From assembly GCA_049680405.1 (NCBI GenBank), contig JBAUHS010000010.1:3777-67776 (forward strand): 64,000 nucleotides of DNA, read 5' to 3'. The notes below the pieces were generated by a model, which saw only the letters and a list, made by a program, of their open reading frames with translations, searched no databases and was not told where the DNA came from. This DNA is from Salaquimonas sp. (GTDB taxonomy: Bacteria; Pseudomonadota; Alphaproteobacteria; Rhizobiales; Rhizobiaceae). The translations under genes and the position numbers were made by a program. This document shows positions 19,979 to 31,367 of this stretch, one piece after another (position 1 is the first letter of the stretch; each line of letters starts with the position of its first letter).

Positions 19979-22934
19979 ATGTTAAATTCAGGGCGTCCTT
20001 AAAAATTCTACGTACTGATTTTTGAGTGGCACTGAGCAGATTGCGCAAAACCTTCAAATCGGGGGCGGAAGTCTGTTCCAGCAAGAGTTGCGGAAATCCC
20101 TTCTCCTCCCCGTCTGGCTCGAAACCACCTTCAAGGCAAACCCGTTCGATCTGCAAGACCGAATTGTAAAGTTCATAGGCATTTTTCAATTCTTCCTTGT
20201 CGGCCAGATTCAAGGTTTCTTCTGGTATCCGCTCTATCAGTTCAATCGTTGCTGGATTGTAGTCTGTGCTGGCATCCAGAGGATGTTTAAACACACCCCA
20301 TTGGGCAATGAATTCGATATCTATCAAACCACCGCTGGCAAGCTTTACGTCGAAAATGCTTTTCGCAGGTTTTTCCTTATCCAGCGTTTTGCGCATCTCG
20401 AGAATATCCTGAGCAGTTTTCTTGATGTCCCTTTTCTGTTGGCGAACATTAGAAACTTCCCTCTCAATGTCTTTGAGTATCGCCATGTCACCTGCAATTG
20501 GCCGGGCTCTCACCATTGCCTGGCTTTCCCAAGTCCAGGCTTCAGTAAGCTGATATTTCGTAAAAGAAGCCAGTTGAGTGGCCAAAGGCCCTGAATTGCC
20601 GGAAGGGCGCAGGCGGAAATCCAGTTCATAAATTACACCTTCGGCTGTTGGGGCGCTCATCGCCGCGATCAGCCTTTGTACCAAACGTATGAAATATTGC
20701 TGCGGATAAAGTGGTTTTTCTCCGTCTGAGGCTTCAGCGTCTTCGTCATGATTATACAAGAAGATCAGATCAAGATCGGAGCCAGCTGTGAGGTCCCGGC
20801 TTCCCAACCGCCCCATTCCCAGAATACCGATTTCCCCGCCGCTGATCCTTCCATGCTTTGCTTCAAATTCGTTTCGGACAACTTGCATCATGCATTCAAG
20901 AAGTGTTTCAGCCAAGGCGGTATAAGCAAGCCCCGCCTGTTGAGAGTTGATCGTCCGGTTGATCAGCCTGATACCAATGAGAAACTTCTGTTCGGCAGCG
21001 AATATACGGGCCTGATCCAATTTTGCTTCATAGCTCTCCAATCGATCCAATGTGATTGCCAACCGCTCCTTCAACTCAGTTTTTTCAGGGACGCTGGCGG
21101 TAAATGACGGATCAATCAGACTATCGACCACATGAGGCTTGCGAGTGATGATTTCAGACAAACGCGGCGCTGAACCAAGAATTAGGGTGATCAGCCTGAT
21201 GAGATTTGCGTTTGATTTCAAAATGGCAAAAAACTGCAAACCTGCCGGAAGCCCGGCCAAGAAGCGATCAAATGAGAAAAAAGAAGTATCTGGCGTTTGC
21301 GTCTCTGCAAAAGCTCCCAGCAAAACCGGTGTCAGCTCGGTAAGCAATTCACGGGCCTGACCGGATCGTACGGAATTGTATCGACCGTAATGCCAACCTT
21401 TGACGGTCGAGATGATTTGGGAAGGTTGTTTAAACCCCATCTCACTAAGTGTTTCAAGCGTTCCCGGGTCTTCATCGTCTCCAGTGAATACAAGATTGCC
21501 ATCTTTTCCGGTTAATTCCGGCGATGCCTCAAACAAAGCTGCGTAATGCGTCTCCACACATTTCATCACTTTTGTGATGTCATTGGAAAACGCTTCAACC
21601 GAAGCTGCTCCCATCATGAAAGCGATGCGCTCAAGGCCCTTATTATCATCCGGCAATGTATGGCTTTGTTCATCGGCAACCATTTGTATCCGGTGCTCAA
21701 CGCAGCGCAAATACCAATAAGCGCGGGTTAATTCAGTTGCTGCTTCTTTCGTAATCCAGCCATCAGCGCATAAGGCATTAAGACCATCTATTGTGCTGAT
21801 CACACGCAATTGCTCTCGACGCCCGCCTGCTATCAATTGCTGGGTCTGAACAAAAAACTCAATTTCGCGGATACCGCCTCGACCCAGTTTGACATTGTGG
21901 CCTTTAACAGCAATTTCACCATGCCCCTTATGAGCGTGGATTTGGCGTTTGATGGAGTGGACATCCTGAATGGCTGCAAAATCTAAGTACTTACGCCAGA
22001 CAAAGGGTGCCAGTTCTTTCAAAAACTGTTGGCCTGCAGCAACATCTCCAGCCACAGCTCTCGCCTTTATGAATGCCGCCCTCTCCCAGTTTTGCCCATA
22101 GGCAGCATAATAATTTAAAGCAGTTTCAACTGGGATTGCCAAAGGCGTGGAACCAGGATCAGGCCTCAGCCGAAGGTCCACGCGAAACACATATCCATCG
22201 CCGGTGCGCTCCTGCAGCAGTCTGCTCAACTGCTTTGCGAGGCGGACAAAAACGGATGTTGGATCATCACTTAGGATTTTAGTTTTCCGATAAACATCGA
22301 AAAACAAAATGATATCAATATCCGAGGAATAATTGAGTTCAAAGGCTCCATATTTCCCCATGCCAAGGATGATCAAACCTGAGTCTTCGCATGGGTTCTC
22401 AATATTGGCCAAAGCGATTTTACCGCTATTGTGCAACTCCAAAAGCAGAAAACTGCAAACGGCCGTAAGTGCCGCATCCGCAAACCGACTTAGCGAAGCG
22501 GTTATGACTGATGGCTCCAGAAAGCCCCCCATATCCGCCAGTCCAAGACAAAGAGACATTTTCCGTTTTGCCTTGCGTAAGGCTGCCATCAAATCGGACG
22601 CGCTTTCATGCTCACGCCACATCAATGAGGTTCGTTCGACAGTCTCATCAATCGTTTGGGAAAAGGGTTGGACCAGACATTCGGCAAGGACGCCAATTTT
22701 GATCAGCGCACAGTCTTTCAGATAAGATGAAAGCGAAAACGCATTTCCGAGGAAACCAAGCGCTTCAGGGGAGGCTGATAACTGTTTGAGCAAAGCTACG
22801 GCATACTCATTTTCACCGCTGAAATGAGACAGTCTTTCAACTATGTCATTTTGTATATCTGCGGAGTGTTTGGCATTGAGCGGCTTCAGCTTCAGCGGCT
22901 TCGATTTAAAAATATCACCCAGCTTCTCTGCCAT
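19977..22934 (-). CDS. glnE: Bifunctional glutamine synthetase adenylyltransferase/adenylyl-removing enzyme
   Basis: About 985 aa with two nucleotidyltransferase repeats (GKYGAFELNYSSDIDIILF and GRLGSRDLTAGSDLDLIFLY). The start at the MAEKLG Met (22934) overlaps the upstream kinase stop by 20 nt. Confidence 0.9.
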   Translation of the reverse strand: MAEKLGDIFKSKPLKLKPLNAKHSADIQNDIVERLSHFSGENEYAVALLKQLSASPEALGFLGNAFSLSSYLKDCALIKIGVLAECLVQPFSQTIDETVERTSLMWREHESASDLMAALRKAKRKMSLCLGLADMGGFLEPSVITASLSRFADAALTAVCSFLLLELHNSGKIALANIENPCEDSGLIILGMGKYGAFELNYSSDIDIILFFDVYRKTKILSDDPTSVFVRLAKQLSRLLQERTGDGYVFRVDLRLRPDPGSTPLAIPVETALNYYAAYGQNWERAAFIKARAVAGDVAAGQQFLKELAPFVWRKYLDFAAIQDVHSIKRQIHAHKGHGEIAVKGHNVKLGRGGIREIEFFVQTQQLIAGGRREQLRVISTIDGLNALCADGWITKEAATELTRAYWYLRCVEHRIQMVADEQSHTLPDDNKGLERIAFMMGAASVEAFSNDITKVMKCVETHYAALFEASPELTGKDGNLVFTGDDEDPGTLETLSEMGFKQPSQIISTVKGWHYGRYNSVRSGQARELLTELTPVLLGAFAETQTPDTSFFSFDRFLAGLPAGLQFFAILKSNANLIRLITLILGSAPRLSEIITRKPHVVDSLIDPSFTASVPEKTELKERLAITLDRLESYEAKLDQARIFAAEQKFLIGIRLINRTINSQQAGLAYTALAETLLECMMQVVRNEFEAKHGRISGGEIGILGMGRLGSRDLTAGSDLDLIFLYNHDEDAEASDGEKPLYPQQYFIRLVQRLIAAMSAPTAEGVIYELDFRLRPSGNSGPLATQLASFTKYQLTEAWTWESQAMVRARPIAGDMAILKDIEREVSNVRQQKRDIKKTAQDILEMRKTLDKEKPAKSIFDVKLASGGLIDIEFIAQWGVFKHPLDASTDYNPATIELIERIPEETLNLADKEELKNAYELYNSVLQIERVCLEGGFEPDGEEKGFPQLLLEQTSAPDLKVLRNLLSATQKSVRRIFKDALNLT

Positions 22935-24363
22935 TTGAATTGGTTTTCTTCTTTGTTTTTGCGTCTTGCTGCAGCTTAGGAAATTCCAAACTTGCGCGCA
23001 ATCCAGGTTTTGCATCACTTAATACAAGCTCGGCATCATGCAGCTTGGCGATTGCGTCAACCAATGCAAGGCCCAAACCATTACCCGGTAGCGAACGACT
23101 TTCATCAAGGCGGGCAAAACGCTCTTTTACTCGCTCAATATCCGCTGGTGGAATGCCTGCGCCTTTATCTGTTACTGCCGCCACAACTTTTCCCGAAGCC
23201 TCTGTCAAGGTGATCTCAATCTGATTGTTTTCGGAGACATCTGTCCGACCATATTTCAGGGCGTTATCAAGAAGATTGACCAGAGCTTGCGAGAGCAATT
23301 CGCGACTACCTAGAATTTTGATCTCAGGTTTTACATCTACTTTCAGCGAGAACCCTTCATCTTCACAGACCGGCTCATAGAGCTCCGCAGCATCGTGAAC
23401 CAGTTCGCTCATATCAAGTTCAGACAACTCGGCAACTTGGGAACCTGCCTCAACCCGCGAAATCATCAGCAGTGCATTGAAGGTTTTGATCAGCTGATCA
23501 GAATCGTTGATCACCTCAGCCAAAGCCTCCTTGCTGGCGCTATCAACTGGGTCGCCAGACAGAGCTGTATCAGCCTTGTTGCGCAGACGCGTCAAAGGGG
23601 TCTTTAGGTCATGGGCAATGGAGTCAGACACATTGCGAAGCCCCTTATCGAGCAAGAATATCCGATCCAGCATGACGTTCATACGGCGTGATAATCTATC
23701 AAACTCATCATTAACCCCTGTTACCGGTAGTCTTTCTGATTGATCACCGGCCAAAATTCTTTCAGTCGATCTTGAAACCATATCGATGCGTTTCAAAGCT
23801 CTGCGACCCACAAAATACCAGATTAAAAAGCCGGTTATTAGCATCATGCCCAAGGAAATAGATAAAGCACGGCGGACAATCCCGCGCAATCTTTCTGGTT
23901 CACCAATATCCTGACCAACCAGAATTCGCATGCCATTGGGCAATTGAAATGACCGGGCAACTGCCCGATTGGTCTTTTCCGTAGGGCTTTCGCCAAAGCC
24001 ATCATACCTGAACGGGTGCATATGCCAACCTGTCCCTATCAGCAATTCCTGATCAATTGAGCGCACATTACCAGCAATGATTCTACCGCTGGGATCACTG
24101 ACCACATAAAGATTGGCGCCGGGGGCTCTTGCCCTTTGTTCCATTGTGCGGATCAGGCCATTAAGACCACGGCTTGCATAAATCTCCCGGAGTGAAACAA
24201 CTTCGGCATTGATGCTGGATTGAAACTGTTGACGCAGATAATCCACCGCGCCGCCGGTCATGTAAAAGACCAGAACAACCGCCAAAAGCCCGAAGGCCAG
24301 TGTGTAGGCAATTGACAGGCGAATAGCGGTGATGCGCCAAAGAGACTTCAGCCTTGCCCACAT
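22915..24363 (-). CDS. HAMP-domain sensor histidine kinase (partner of the OmpR-type regulator at 24634)
   Basis: 482 aa. Two TM segments flank a periplasmic loop, followed by HAMP. H-box SDSIAHDLKTPLTRL and HATPase G-boxes GNGLGLALV. Confidence 0.85.
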   Translation of the reverse strand: MWARLKSLWRITAIRLSIAYTLAFGLLAVVLVFYMTGGAVDYLRQQFQSSINAEVVSLREIYASRGLNGLIRTMEQRARAPGANLYVVSDPSGRIIAGNVRSIDQELLIGTGWHMHPFRYDGFGESPTEKTNRAVARSFQLPNGMRILVGQDIGEPERLRGIVRRALSISLGMMLITGFLIWYFVGRRALKRIDMVSRSTERILAGDQSERLPVTGVNDEFDRLSRRMNVMLDRIFLLDKGLRNVSDSIAHDLKTPLTRLRNKADTALSGDPVDSASKEALAEVINDSDQLIKTFNALLMISRVEAGSQVAELSELDMSELVHDAAELYEPVCEDEGFSLKVDVKPEIKILGSRELLSQALVNLLDNALKYGRTDVSENNQIEITLTEASGKVVAAVTDKGAGIPPADIERVKERFARLDESRSLPGNGLGLALVDAIAKLHDAELVLSDAKPGLRASLEFPKLQQDAKTKKKTNSNGREAG

Positions 24364-24587
24364 TAGGGTCTGGATCCAAGAGGGAATTGAACTGCACAGC
24401 TACCCAATTTGGACGAGATTAGGCGAAATTGCCGAAGTTTACTTCCTGTAAATGAGGGAATTTCGACGACATTTCGGGTAAATTGGGCGCTGTCCACATG
24501 GATTTGGCTAAAATGAGCTGTTTCAGCGCCGAAAAGCCTCGTAAATGCTAAGGCATTGCTTGCGTTTTTCTTCTCGAAATAAATCAT
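24363..24587 (-). CDS. Hypothetical 74-aa protein wedged between response regulator and kinase
   Basis: The ATG is preceded by AGGAGATAAA. Its TAA stop shares a base with the kinase ATG (TAATG). No recognisable domain or TM segment. Confidence 0.35.
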   Translation of the reverse strand: MIYFEKKNASNALAFTRLFGAETAHFSQIHVDSAQFTRNVVEIPSFTGSKLRQFRLISSKLGSCAVQFPLGSRP

Positions 24588-24633
24588 TTTATCTCCTATG
24601 CAGTCTCAATTCCAAATTGGGTTCAGACCCTAG

Positions 24634-25320
24634 CTAAACAACTTCCTGATCTTCGCGCAGCAGATATCCTGCCCCGCGAATAGTGTGCAGCATGGGGCTT
24701 TCAAAATCCTTGTCGATTTTTGATCGAAGCCTGGAAATATGCACGTCGATTACATTGGTTTGCGGATCAAAATGGTAATCCCAGACCTCTTCAAGCAGCA
24801 TGGTACGGGTTACTACCTTTCCTGCATTTCTCATAAGATATTCGAGCAGGCGAAACTCCCGCGGCTGAAGCAGAAGCTTCTTGCCTTCGCGGCGCACTTC
24901 ACGGGTTAATCTGTCAAGTTGAAGGTGGCCGACCGTCAGCAAAGTTTCAGCTTCATCAGGCTTCTTCCGTCGGGCCAGAATTTCTATACGGGCCAGCAAC
25001 TCTGAAAAAGCATAGGGTTTTGTAAGATAATCATCCCCTCCGGAACGAAGCCCCTTGACCCGATCATCGACCTGACCAAGCGCAGACAAAATTAGCGAAG
25101 GTGTGTCGTCATTCTCCGCTCTTAACTCGGTCAAAAGTGAAAGCCCATCGCGTTTGGGGAGCATCCGATCGACGATCAATACATCATATTCGGCGGAACG
25201 GGCCATCTCCAGCCCCAATTCACCATCAGCCGCATGATCAGGATTATGGCCAGCTTCTTTTAGCGCCTTCATCAGATAAGCCGCGCCTTCCCGGTCATCT
25301 TCAACAATCAGAATCTTCAT
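24634..25320 (-). CDS. OmpR/PhoB-family response regulator
   Basis: 228 aa. Receiver domain MKILIVEDD...D..LP...GL, and a winged-helix C-terminus LTxREFRLLEYLMRN...RGAGY. Confidence 0.9.
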   Translation of the reverse strand: MKILIVEDDREGAAYLMKALKEAGHNPDHAADGELGLEMARSAEYDVLIVDRMLPKRDGLSLLTELRAENDDTPSLILSALGQVDDRVKGLRSGGDDYLTKPYAFSELLARIEILARRKKPDEAETLLTVGHLQLDRLTREVRREGKKLLLQPREFRLLEYLMRNAGKVVTRTMLLEEVWDYHFDPQTNVIDVHISRLRSKIDKDFESPMLHTIRGAGYLLREDQEVV

Positions 25321-25478
25321 ATCAACTGCCTCAATATATCAATAGTAGGCGAATTATTTTGTTTTCCACCATATAGAAACGGCGAGCAAGGGGAAGTACC
25401 CGCCGTCTCTTTGGTCACAGGCTTAAAAGATACAATTCGCCAAATGACCAATTCGCTAACTGTTAGATAAGTCAGGCC

Positions 25479-27011
25479 TCAGCTTTTCGGAAATGGAATT
25501 GCCACAAAGCTGGAAGAACCATCACGCTTGATCTGGAAAAGAGTGCTTTTCCGTCCATTTTCCTCAGCATCCGTCACCAAGTCTGCAACCTCTTTAGGAG
25601 TAGCAACCTGTTGGCCGTTAATGGAGGCAACGATATCTCCTGAACGCAGACCCTTTTCGCCAGCAGGACTATCGGGATCAACCTCCATCACTAAGACGCC
25701 ATCGCCATCCGGGCTTTCGCCCAATGCCAGTCCGAGTTTACCTGTTTGGGGTTCCTCGTCTGGTTGCTCCGGTGTCTGGTCCGTTGCAACGGCATCACCC
25801 AGAGTTCCAAGCGTAACGCTGACTTCTTGTGTTTCGCCATTTCGCACGATGGTCAGCATGACTTTGCTGGAAGGCTCAAATTCGCCGATAAGACGCGCGA
25901 GGGCCTTTGGACCACGTACTTCGCGGCCATTGACCTCGGTAATTACATCACCGGAACGAATTCCAGCCTTTGCGGCCGGGCTTTCATTTTGCGGCTCTGT
26001 AACCATCGCGCCTTTTGCAGCTTCAAGAGCTAGCGCTTCAGCGATATCCTTGGTCACAGGCTGAATCTGAACACCCAACCAGCCACGCACAACGCTGCCA
26101 TTGACAATCAGTTCATCAACAATCTCCTTTGATGTCGCCGCAGGAATTGCGAAGGCAATACCGACATTGCCGCCAGATGGAGAGAAAATCGCTGTATTAA
26201 CGCCGATCACTCCGCCGCTCAAATCAAAAGCAGGACCACCGGAATTGCCTTTGTTTACGGCAGCATCAATCTGGATAAAATCATCATAACGGCTGGATCC
26301 AACTTCACGGCCATGGGCTGAAACGATGCCTGCGGTCACTGTGCCGCCCAATCCGAATGGATTTCCTACGGCAACGACCCAATCACCAATACGCGGCTCT
26401 TCTTCTGAAAAGCTCACATAGGTGAATTTTTTGTCGTTATCTACTTTTAGCACCGCAAGATCAGAGCGCTTGTCCGCACCGATTAGGCGAGCTTCATATT
26501 CTTCACCATCATTCATCACGACAGTATATTTTGTACCACCATCTATGACGTGGTTGTTGGTGACAACGTAGCCGTCTTCAGAGATGAAGAAGCCTGAGCC
26601 TTGGGAAGCGCCAAATTTGCGGCGGTCAGGACGATTGTCGCCACGGCGGTTTTCGTTTCCAAAGAAACGCTTGAACAGGTCCGGATTATTCTTGAAAAAT
26701 TCTGGTATGTCATCGCCACGATCGCCAAAACGACGATCAAAGCGGAACCCGCCATGATCATCCTCACTGTCAACAGCCGGTTCGATTACCTGCTCAACAC
26801 GCACACTAACGACAGCCGGCGAAACGGCTTCAACAACATCTGCAAAACCTGGCGCCTTTGGCGCTTCAACCCGAACTGCTTCTGCATTTGCTGGAGAAAA
26901 TGTGAGAATATTCGAGGAGTTTGGCGCGATTGCAAAAGCTGAAAGCGCAACGCTGGATGCCAACAAGCCTGATGCAATTCGATTCGTAAGATAACTGGAT
27001 TTATACTTCAT
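25479..27011 (-). CDS. degP: Periplasmic serine endoprotease DegP/HtrA (Do family, two PDZ domains)
   Basis: 510 aa with a signal peptide. Catalytic blocks TNNHV, D, GNSGGP, followed by two PDZ-like repeats. Confidence 0.9.
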   Translation of the reverse strand: MKYKSSYLTNRIASGLLASSVALSAFAIAPNSSNILTFSPANAEAVRVEAPKAPGFADVVEAVSPAVVSVRVEQVIEPAVDSEDDHGGFRFDRRFGDRGDDIPEFFKNNPDLFKRFFGNENRRGDNRPDRRKFGASQGSGFFISEDGYVVTNNHVIDGGTKYTVVMNDGEEYEARLIGADKRSDLAVLKVDNDKKFTYVSFSEEEPRIGDWVVAVGNPFGLGGTVTAGIVSAHGREVGSSRYDDFIQIDAAVNKGNSGGPAFDLSGGVIGVNTAIFSPSGGNVGIAFAIPAATSKEIVDELIVNGSVVRGWLGVQIQPVTKDIAEALALEAAKGAMVTEPQNESPAAKAGIRSGDVITEVNGREVRGPKALARLIGEFEPSSKVMLTIVRNGETQEVSVTLGTLGDAVATDQTPEQPDEEPQTGKLGLALGESPDGDGVLVMEVDPDSPAGEKGLRSGDIVASINGQQVATPKEVADLVTDAEENGRKSTLFQIKRDGSSSFVAIPFPKS

Positions 27012-27157
27012 GATTTTCCCTTTGGTTCAGTGGGTTCACCGTGAAGCAGGAGACAATTCACCTGCTGTTCCCAAGTTTATGGGGTAGAGCAGATTACGCG
27101 ATTGTTACGTTCAGATTAAATTTTTGTCATAATCGGAGAATCCGACAAATCGCAATA

Positions 27158-28390
27158 TTACATTTCGCTGATAATTGATGTTGTTACATCCGACTTTGAA
27201 TGTAGCGTTTTATGAACTGGACATTTATCAGCGATCTCCAGCAATTTTTCCATCACATCAGAATCAAGACCCGGTTTTACAATAATCTTGCGGTGAAATT
27301 GATCAATTTTCCCGGTGGACGATTTCAGGTCCTCGTTACAAGAAATACAATCCTCAGCGTGAATTTTGACATGGTCAACCACCACGCGCACTTTGCCGAT
27401 ATCCCAGCCTTTTCTTTCAGCATACATTCTAAGGGTCATATTGGTGCAAGCCCCCAGACCAATTGAAACAAAGTCATAGGGCGAGGGTCCGGTATCTGTT
27501 CCACCAAAGGATTTAGGTTCATCCGCCATCAAATGATGGGCACCCGCCGTGACCGCGTTTTGATACTTGCCAAACCCCGTTTCAGAGACGGTAATTCCCT
27601 TGAGATTTTCATCACCCTTTTTTTCCTCTTTGCCGGATAAATATCGCTCGGACCATGCTGCAATGGTAGAGGCAACAAATTGCGCATCAGCTTCGCTGGT
27701 CAAAAGGTGATCAGCAGTATCAAGAGAGACAAAACTTTTCGGATGCTTGGCTGCAGTAAAAATTTCAGCGGCATTTTCAATACCGACAGTTTGATCAACT
27801 GGAGAATGAAATACCAGCAATGGTTTTTTGAGCGCAGCAACATGCTCATTGACCGAACTTCCAGCCAAGTCATCGAGAAACTGTTTTTCGATTGTAAACT
27901 TTCGACCACCCAGGGTCACTTCCGCTTTGCCGTCAGAAGCAATGGTTTTCAAATCCGCTGCAAAATTATGCGTAACATGATTGGCATCAGCCGGTGCGCC
28001 AATTGTCACAACACCTTTGACTTCTGGTATTTGGCCAGCTGCCACCAATATCGCTGCCCCGCCAAGGGAGTGGCCTATCAACAATTCTGGCGCTTCAAAG
28101 TCCTCGCGCAGCATGTTTGCGGCACGCAGTAAATCTGAAATATTCGAGGAGAAATTTGTAGAGGCGAATTCGCCCTCTGATGACCCAAGCCCGGTAAAAT
28201 CGAAACGCAGAACCGCTATACCCTTTTGGGCCAACCCTTCGGATATCCGCTTTGTGGCGTTGAGGTCTTTGGAGCAAGTGAAACAATGGGCAAATATCGC
28301 ATAGGCCCGAACAGTCCCATCAGGAACATCCAGTCTTGCAGCAAGTATTGCTCCATGACCGCCCTCAAATTCCAATCTCTGTGATGTCAT
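27158..28390 (-). CDS. Bifunctional alpha/beta hydrolase - OsmC-family fusion protein
   Basis: 410 aa. The N-terminal half carries the nucleophile elbow GHSLGG. The C-terminal approx. 140 aa are OsmC/Ohr-like (GLGACTNMTLRMYA...CPVHKTL). Confidence 0.8.
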   Translation of the reverse strand: MTSQRLEFEGGHGAILAARLDVPDGTVRAYAIFAHCFTCSKDLNATKRISEGLAQKGIAVLRFDFTGLGSSEGEFASTNFSSNISDLLRAANMLREDFEAPELLIGHSLGGAAILVAAGQIPEVKGVVTIGAPADANHVTHNFAADLKTIASDGKAEVTLGGRKFTIEKQFLDDLAGSSVNEHVAALKKPLLVFHSPVDQTVGIENAAEIFTAAKHPKSFVSLDTADHLLTSEADAQFVASTIAAWSERYLSGKEEKKGDENLKGITVSETGFGKYQNAVTAGAHHLMADEPKSFGGTDTGPSPYDFVSIGLGACTNMTLRMYAERKGWDIGKVRVVVDHVKIHAEDCISCNEDLKSSTGKIDQFHRKIIVKPGLDSDVMEKLLEIADKCPVHKTLHSKSDVTTSIISEM

Positions 28391-28431
28391 CGGTGTTGTC
28401 CTTTCATTTCATGAAGAACCTACCTGATCAA

Positions 28432-28914
28432 TCAATCACGTTCATCAAGAATTTTCGTGAGTTTGTCGTGTTCGTTTTGTGAAAGGGAAATTTCATCGCC
28501 TGCTGATTTCTCTTCAGTGGCAATTGTTTGACGACTGGCAATCATTCTCCAAGAAAGGAACAAGCCAGCCACAAGTGCGATTAGAGGCGCAACCCATAAA
28601 ACCAGGTTTGCCATAGAGAAACTTGGTTTTAGCAATACAAATTCACCATAGCGATCCACCAGATAGCCCAACACCTCATCGTTGCTATCGCCTTTTGTTA
28701 TTCTATCACGCACAAGCAGACGTAAATCCTTGGCGAGATCAGCATCGGAATCGTCAATCGACTGATTTTGACATTTCATGCATCGGATAATACCGGACAA
28801 ATCTCTTGCCCGCTGTTCCAGTTTTGGATCATCCAGAATTTCGTCTGGATTGACCGCAAACGCAGGTGCCATTTGAAGTGACACCAAAACTAAAAGCGAA
28901 AGCAGTATTTGCAT
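28432..28914 (-). CDS. ccmH: Cytochrome c-type biogenesis protein CcmH (CycL)
   Basis: Signal peptide, then the [15 protein letters not shown] (LRCxxCQ) motif and a C-terminal TM. The start was taken at the internal Met (28914), 7 nt after the ccmF stop. Confidence 0.85.
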   Translation of the reverse strand: MQILLSLLVLVSLQMAPAFAVNPDEILDDPKLEQRARDLSGIIRCMKCQNQSIDDSDADLAKDLRLLVRDRITKGDSNDEVLGYLVDRYGEFVLLKPSFSMANLVLWVAPLIALVAGLFLSWRMIASRQTIATEEKSAGDEISLSQNEHDKLTKILDERD

Positions 28915-28921
28915 AAAAGAT

Positions 28922-30907
28922 CTAAGCAAGGGCTTTATCACCTTCCGAAACACGTTTTGCAGGTTTTGCAATTCCGACTCTTAACCGTCGGTCAGACAGG
29001 GAAATCAGACCGCCGAAAACCATGAAAATCGTACCGAGCCAAATCAATGTAATTTGCGGTTTCCACCACACGCGCACAACTGTCTTGCCTGTTTGACCTT
29101 GATCCCCAAGAGAAAGATATAGCTGGGAGAAACCAATTGTTTTTATGGCGGCCTCTGTCGTCGGCATACCGCGAGCCTGATAAAAGCGTTTGCTTGGCTT
29201 CATTACGAAGGGAGCATAGCCCTCCCTAAATATCGTCACTGTTGCAACCGTTTCGGAGAAATTCGGCCCGCTAATAGGCACAGAACCATCAAAGCGGATA
29301 TCATATCCGGCCAATTCCATTTGTTCGCCAGGCGCCAGATCTGCAACAGCTTCTTTTTCAAAAGCGGTCACACAAACAACCCCCAGTAACAAAATGCCCA
29401 AACCAAGATGACCAAACGCAGTTCCCCACATTGTCCTTGGCAATCCACGCATCCGCAAGAACCCTGTATTGAATCCGGTTTTTGAAAAACCTGCGCGGTT
29501 ATAAATCTCAGCGAAAGAACCCAAAATGCACCAGGCAGCAAGGCCGATCCCTAGGCTTGCCATTACGGGTTGATCCGTAGTGAAGGCATAGACCAAAACG
29601 GTGACTACCAGGGCTGCAACACCAATCCAGAAAAGACGTTGAACAACAGGATAAAGCTCAGCACGCTTCCATGACAGCAATGGTCCAAAAGGCACCAGCA
29701 ATAAAAGCGGGATCATCAAAGGGCCAAAAGTGATATTGAAAAACGGCGCACCGACGGAAATTTTCGCGCCGGTTACGGCCTCCATTACCAATGGATACAA
29801 AGTACCAACAAGCACTGTGGCGGCGGCTGTTGCGAGAAATACATTATTGAATACTAAAGCCCCTTCACGGGAAATTGGTTGAAACAGACCTCCTGATTTC
29901 AAGTTTCCGGCTCGAAGCGCGAAAAGCGTCAAGGAACCGCCAATGAATACAAGCAGGATCATCAGGATGAATACGCCGCGCTCAGGATCATTTGCAAACG
30001 AATGGACCGACGTCAGAACGCCAGAGCGGACTAGGAAAGTGCCAAGAAGCGACATCGAGAAAGTGATGATCGCCAAAAGGATTGTCCAGATTTTCAATGC
30101 CTCACGTTTTTCCATAACGAGTGCTGAGTGAAGCAAGGCAGTTCCTACCAACCAAGGAATGAAGGATGCGTTTTCAACAGGATCCCAGAACCACCAGCCA
30201 CCCCAGCCAAGTTCATAGTAAGCCCAGTATGAGCCCATAGAAATCCCGGCAGTCAGGAATATCCAGGCAGCCAATGCCCAAGGCCGAACCCATCTGGCCC
30301 AAGCAGCGTCGATCTTGCCGCTAATCATGGCTGCAACTGCGAATGAGAAGGTGATCGAAAACCCTACATAGCCGAGGTAAAGCATAGGGGGATGAATCGC
30401 CAAACCGATGTCTTGAAGTATAGGATTTAGATCATTGCCTTCAAATGGGGCCGGCACCAAACGGGCAAAAGGATTGGAAGTCAGCACGATGAAAAGCAGG
30501 AAGGCTATTGTGATCCATGCCTGAACCCCCAACACATTTGCTCTCAAATCCGGCGGCAAGTTCTTGCCAAACCATGCAACGAGCGAACCAAAAAAACTCA
30601 GGATCAGCACCCAAAGCAGCATAGAGCCTTCATGGTTGCCCCATACGCCAGTGACCTTGAAAAGCATTGGCTTTGCCGAATGCGAGTTTTCATACACATT
30701 TTGTAGTGAGAAATCGGAAGTGACGTAAGCATAGGTCAATGCAGCAAATGCGACAGCGATGAAACCAAAGCTGCCAATAGCCGTCGTATTGCCCATCGAC
30801 ATCAACCGATTATCAGCAATTTTGGCCCCATAAATTGGGAATGTGGCCTGGATAAAAGACAGCATCAAGGCAAGAACAAGAGCGTAGTGTCCAGTTTCAG
30901 CGATCAC
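28922..30907 (-). CDS. ccmF: Cytochrome c heme lyase subunit CcmF (CycK)
   Basis: About 661-aa polytopic protein. N-terminus [14 protein letters not shown] and a [15 protein letters not shown] tryptophan-rich motif. The GTG at 30907 overlaps the ccmE TGA (GTGA). Confidence 0.92.
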   Translation of the reverse strand: MIAETGHYALVLALMLSFIQATFPIYGAKIADNRLMSMGNTTAIGSFGFIAVAFAALTYAYVTSDFSLQNVYENSHSAKPMLFKVTGVWGNHEGSMLLWVLILSFFGSLVAWFGKNLPPDLRANVLGVQAWITIAFLLFIVLTSNPFARLVPAPFEGNDLNPILQDIGLAIHPPMLYLGYVGFSITFSFAVAAMISGKIDAAWARWVRPWALAAWIFLTAGISMGSYWAYYELGWGGWWFWDPVENASFIPWLVGTALLHSALVMEKREALKIWTILLAIITFSMSLLGTFLVRSGVLTSVHSFANDPERGVFILMILLVFIGGSLTLFALRAGNLKSGGLFQPISREGALVFNNVFLATAAATVLVGTLYPLVMEAVTGAKISVGAPFFNITFGPLMIPLLLLVPFGPLLSWKRAELYPVVQRLFWIGVAALVVTVLVYAFTTDQPVMASLGIGLAAWCILGSFAEIYNRAGFSKTGFNTGFLRMRGLPRTMWGTAFGHLGLGILLLGVVCVTAFEKEAVADLAPGEQMELAGYDIRFDGSVPISGPNFSETVATVTIFREGYAPFVMKPSKRFYQARGMPTTEAAIKTIGFSQLYLSLGDQGQTGKTVVRVWWKPQITLIWLGTIFMVFGGLISLSDRRLRVGIAKPAKRVSEGDKALA

Positions 30908-31347
30908 TTGGTTTCTCCCCCTTGCCACATACCTTTTTCTTTCAGCGTGTCTGCAACTTCCTTCGGCATATAGTTTTCGTCATGCTTTGCCAGGACCGTA
31001 TCAGCAGCAAAAAGACTATTTGCCTCCATCACACCCTCGGCAATAACGCCCTGCCCCTCACGAAAGAGATCGGGTAAAATACCAACAAAGCGAACAGGAA
31101 GTTCCTGATCCGTATCCGTAATTACAAAACTGACAGTCTCGCCATCTTTTTGAATACTACCATCTTTGACCAACCCGCCGAGACGAAATCTCTCGCCATT
31201 TGACGCTTTCTGCTCCAGCAAAATATCACTGGGAGAGTAAAAAAAGACGATCTCATCGCGAAGTGCAAACATGACAAGCAAAATCGCTGCCAGCAATACG
31301 GCACCGATTGAACCAATCATCGCCAGTCTTTTTTGCTTTCTTGTCAT
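30904..31347 (-). CDS. ccmE: Cytochrome c maturation heme chaperone CcmE (CycJ)
   Basis: 147 aa. N-terminal anchor, OB-fold, and the heme-binding LAKHDENYMPKEV motif. Confidence 0.9.
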   Translation of the reverse strand: MTRKQKRLAMIGSIGAVLLAAILLVMFALRDEIVFFYSPSDILLEQKASNGERFRLGGLVKDGSIQKDGETVSFVITDTDQELPVRFVGILPDLFREGQGVIAEGVMEANSLFAADTVLAKHDENYMPKEVADTLKEKGMWQGGETK

Positions 31348-31367
31348 CGATTTCCCTATTTATAAAA

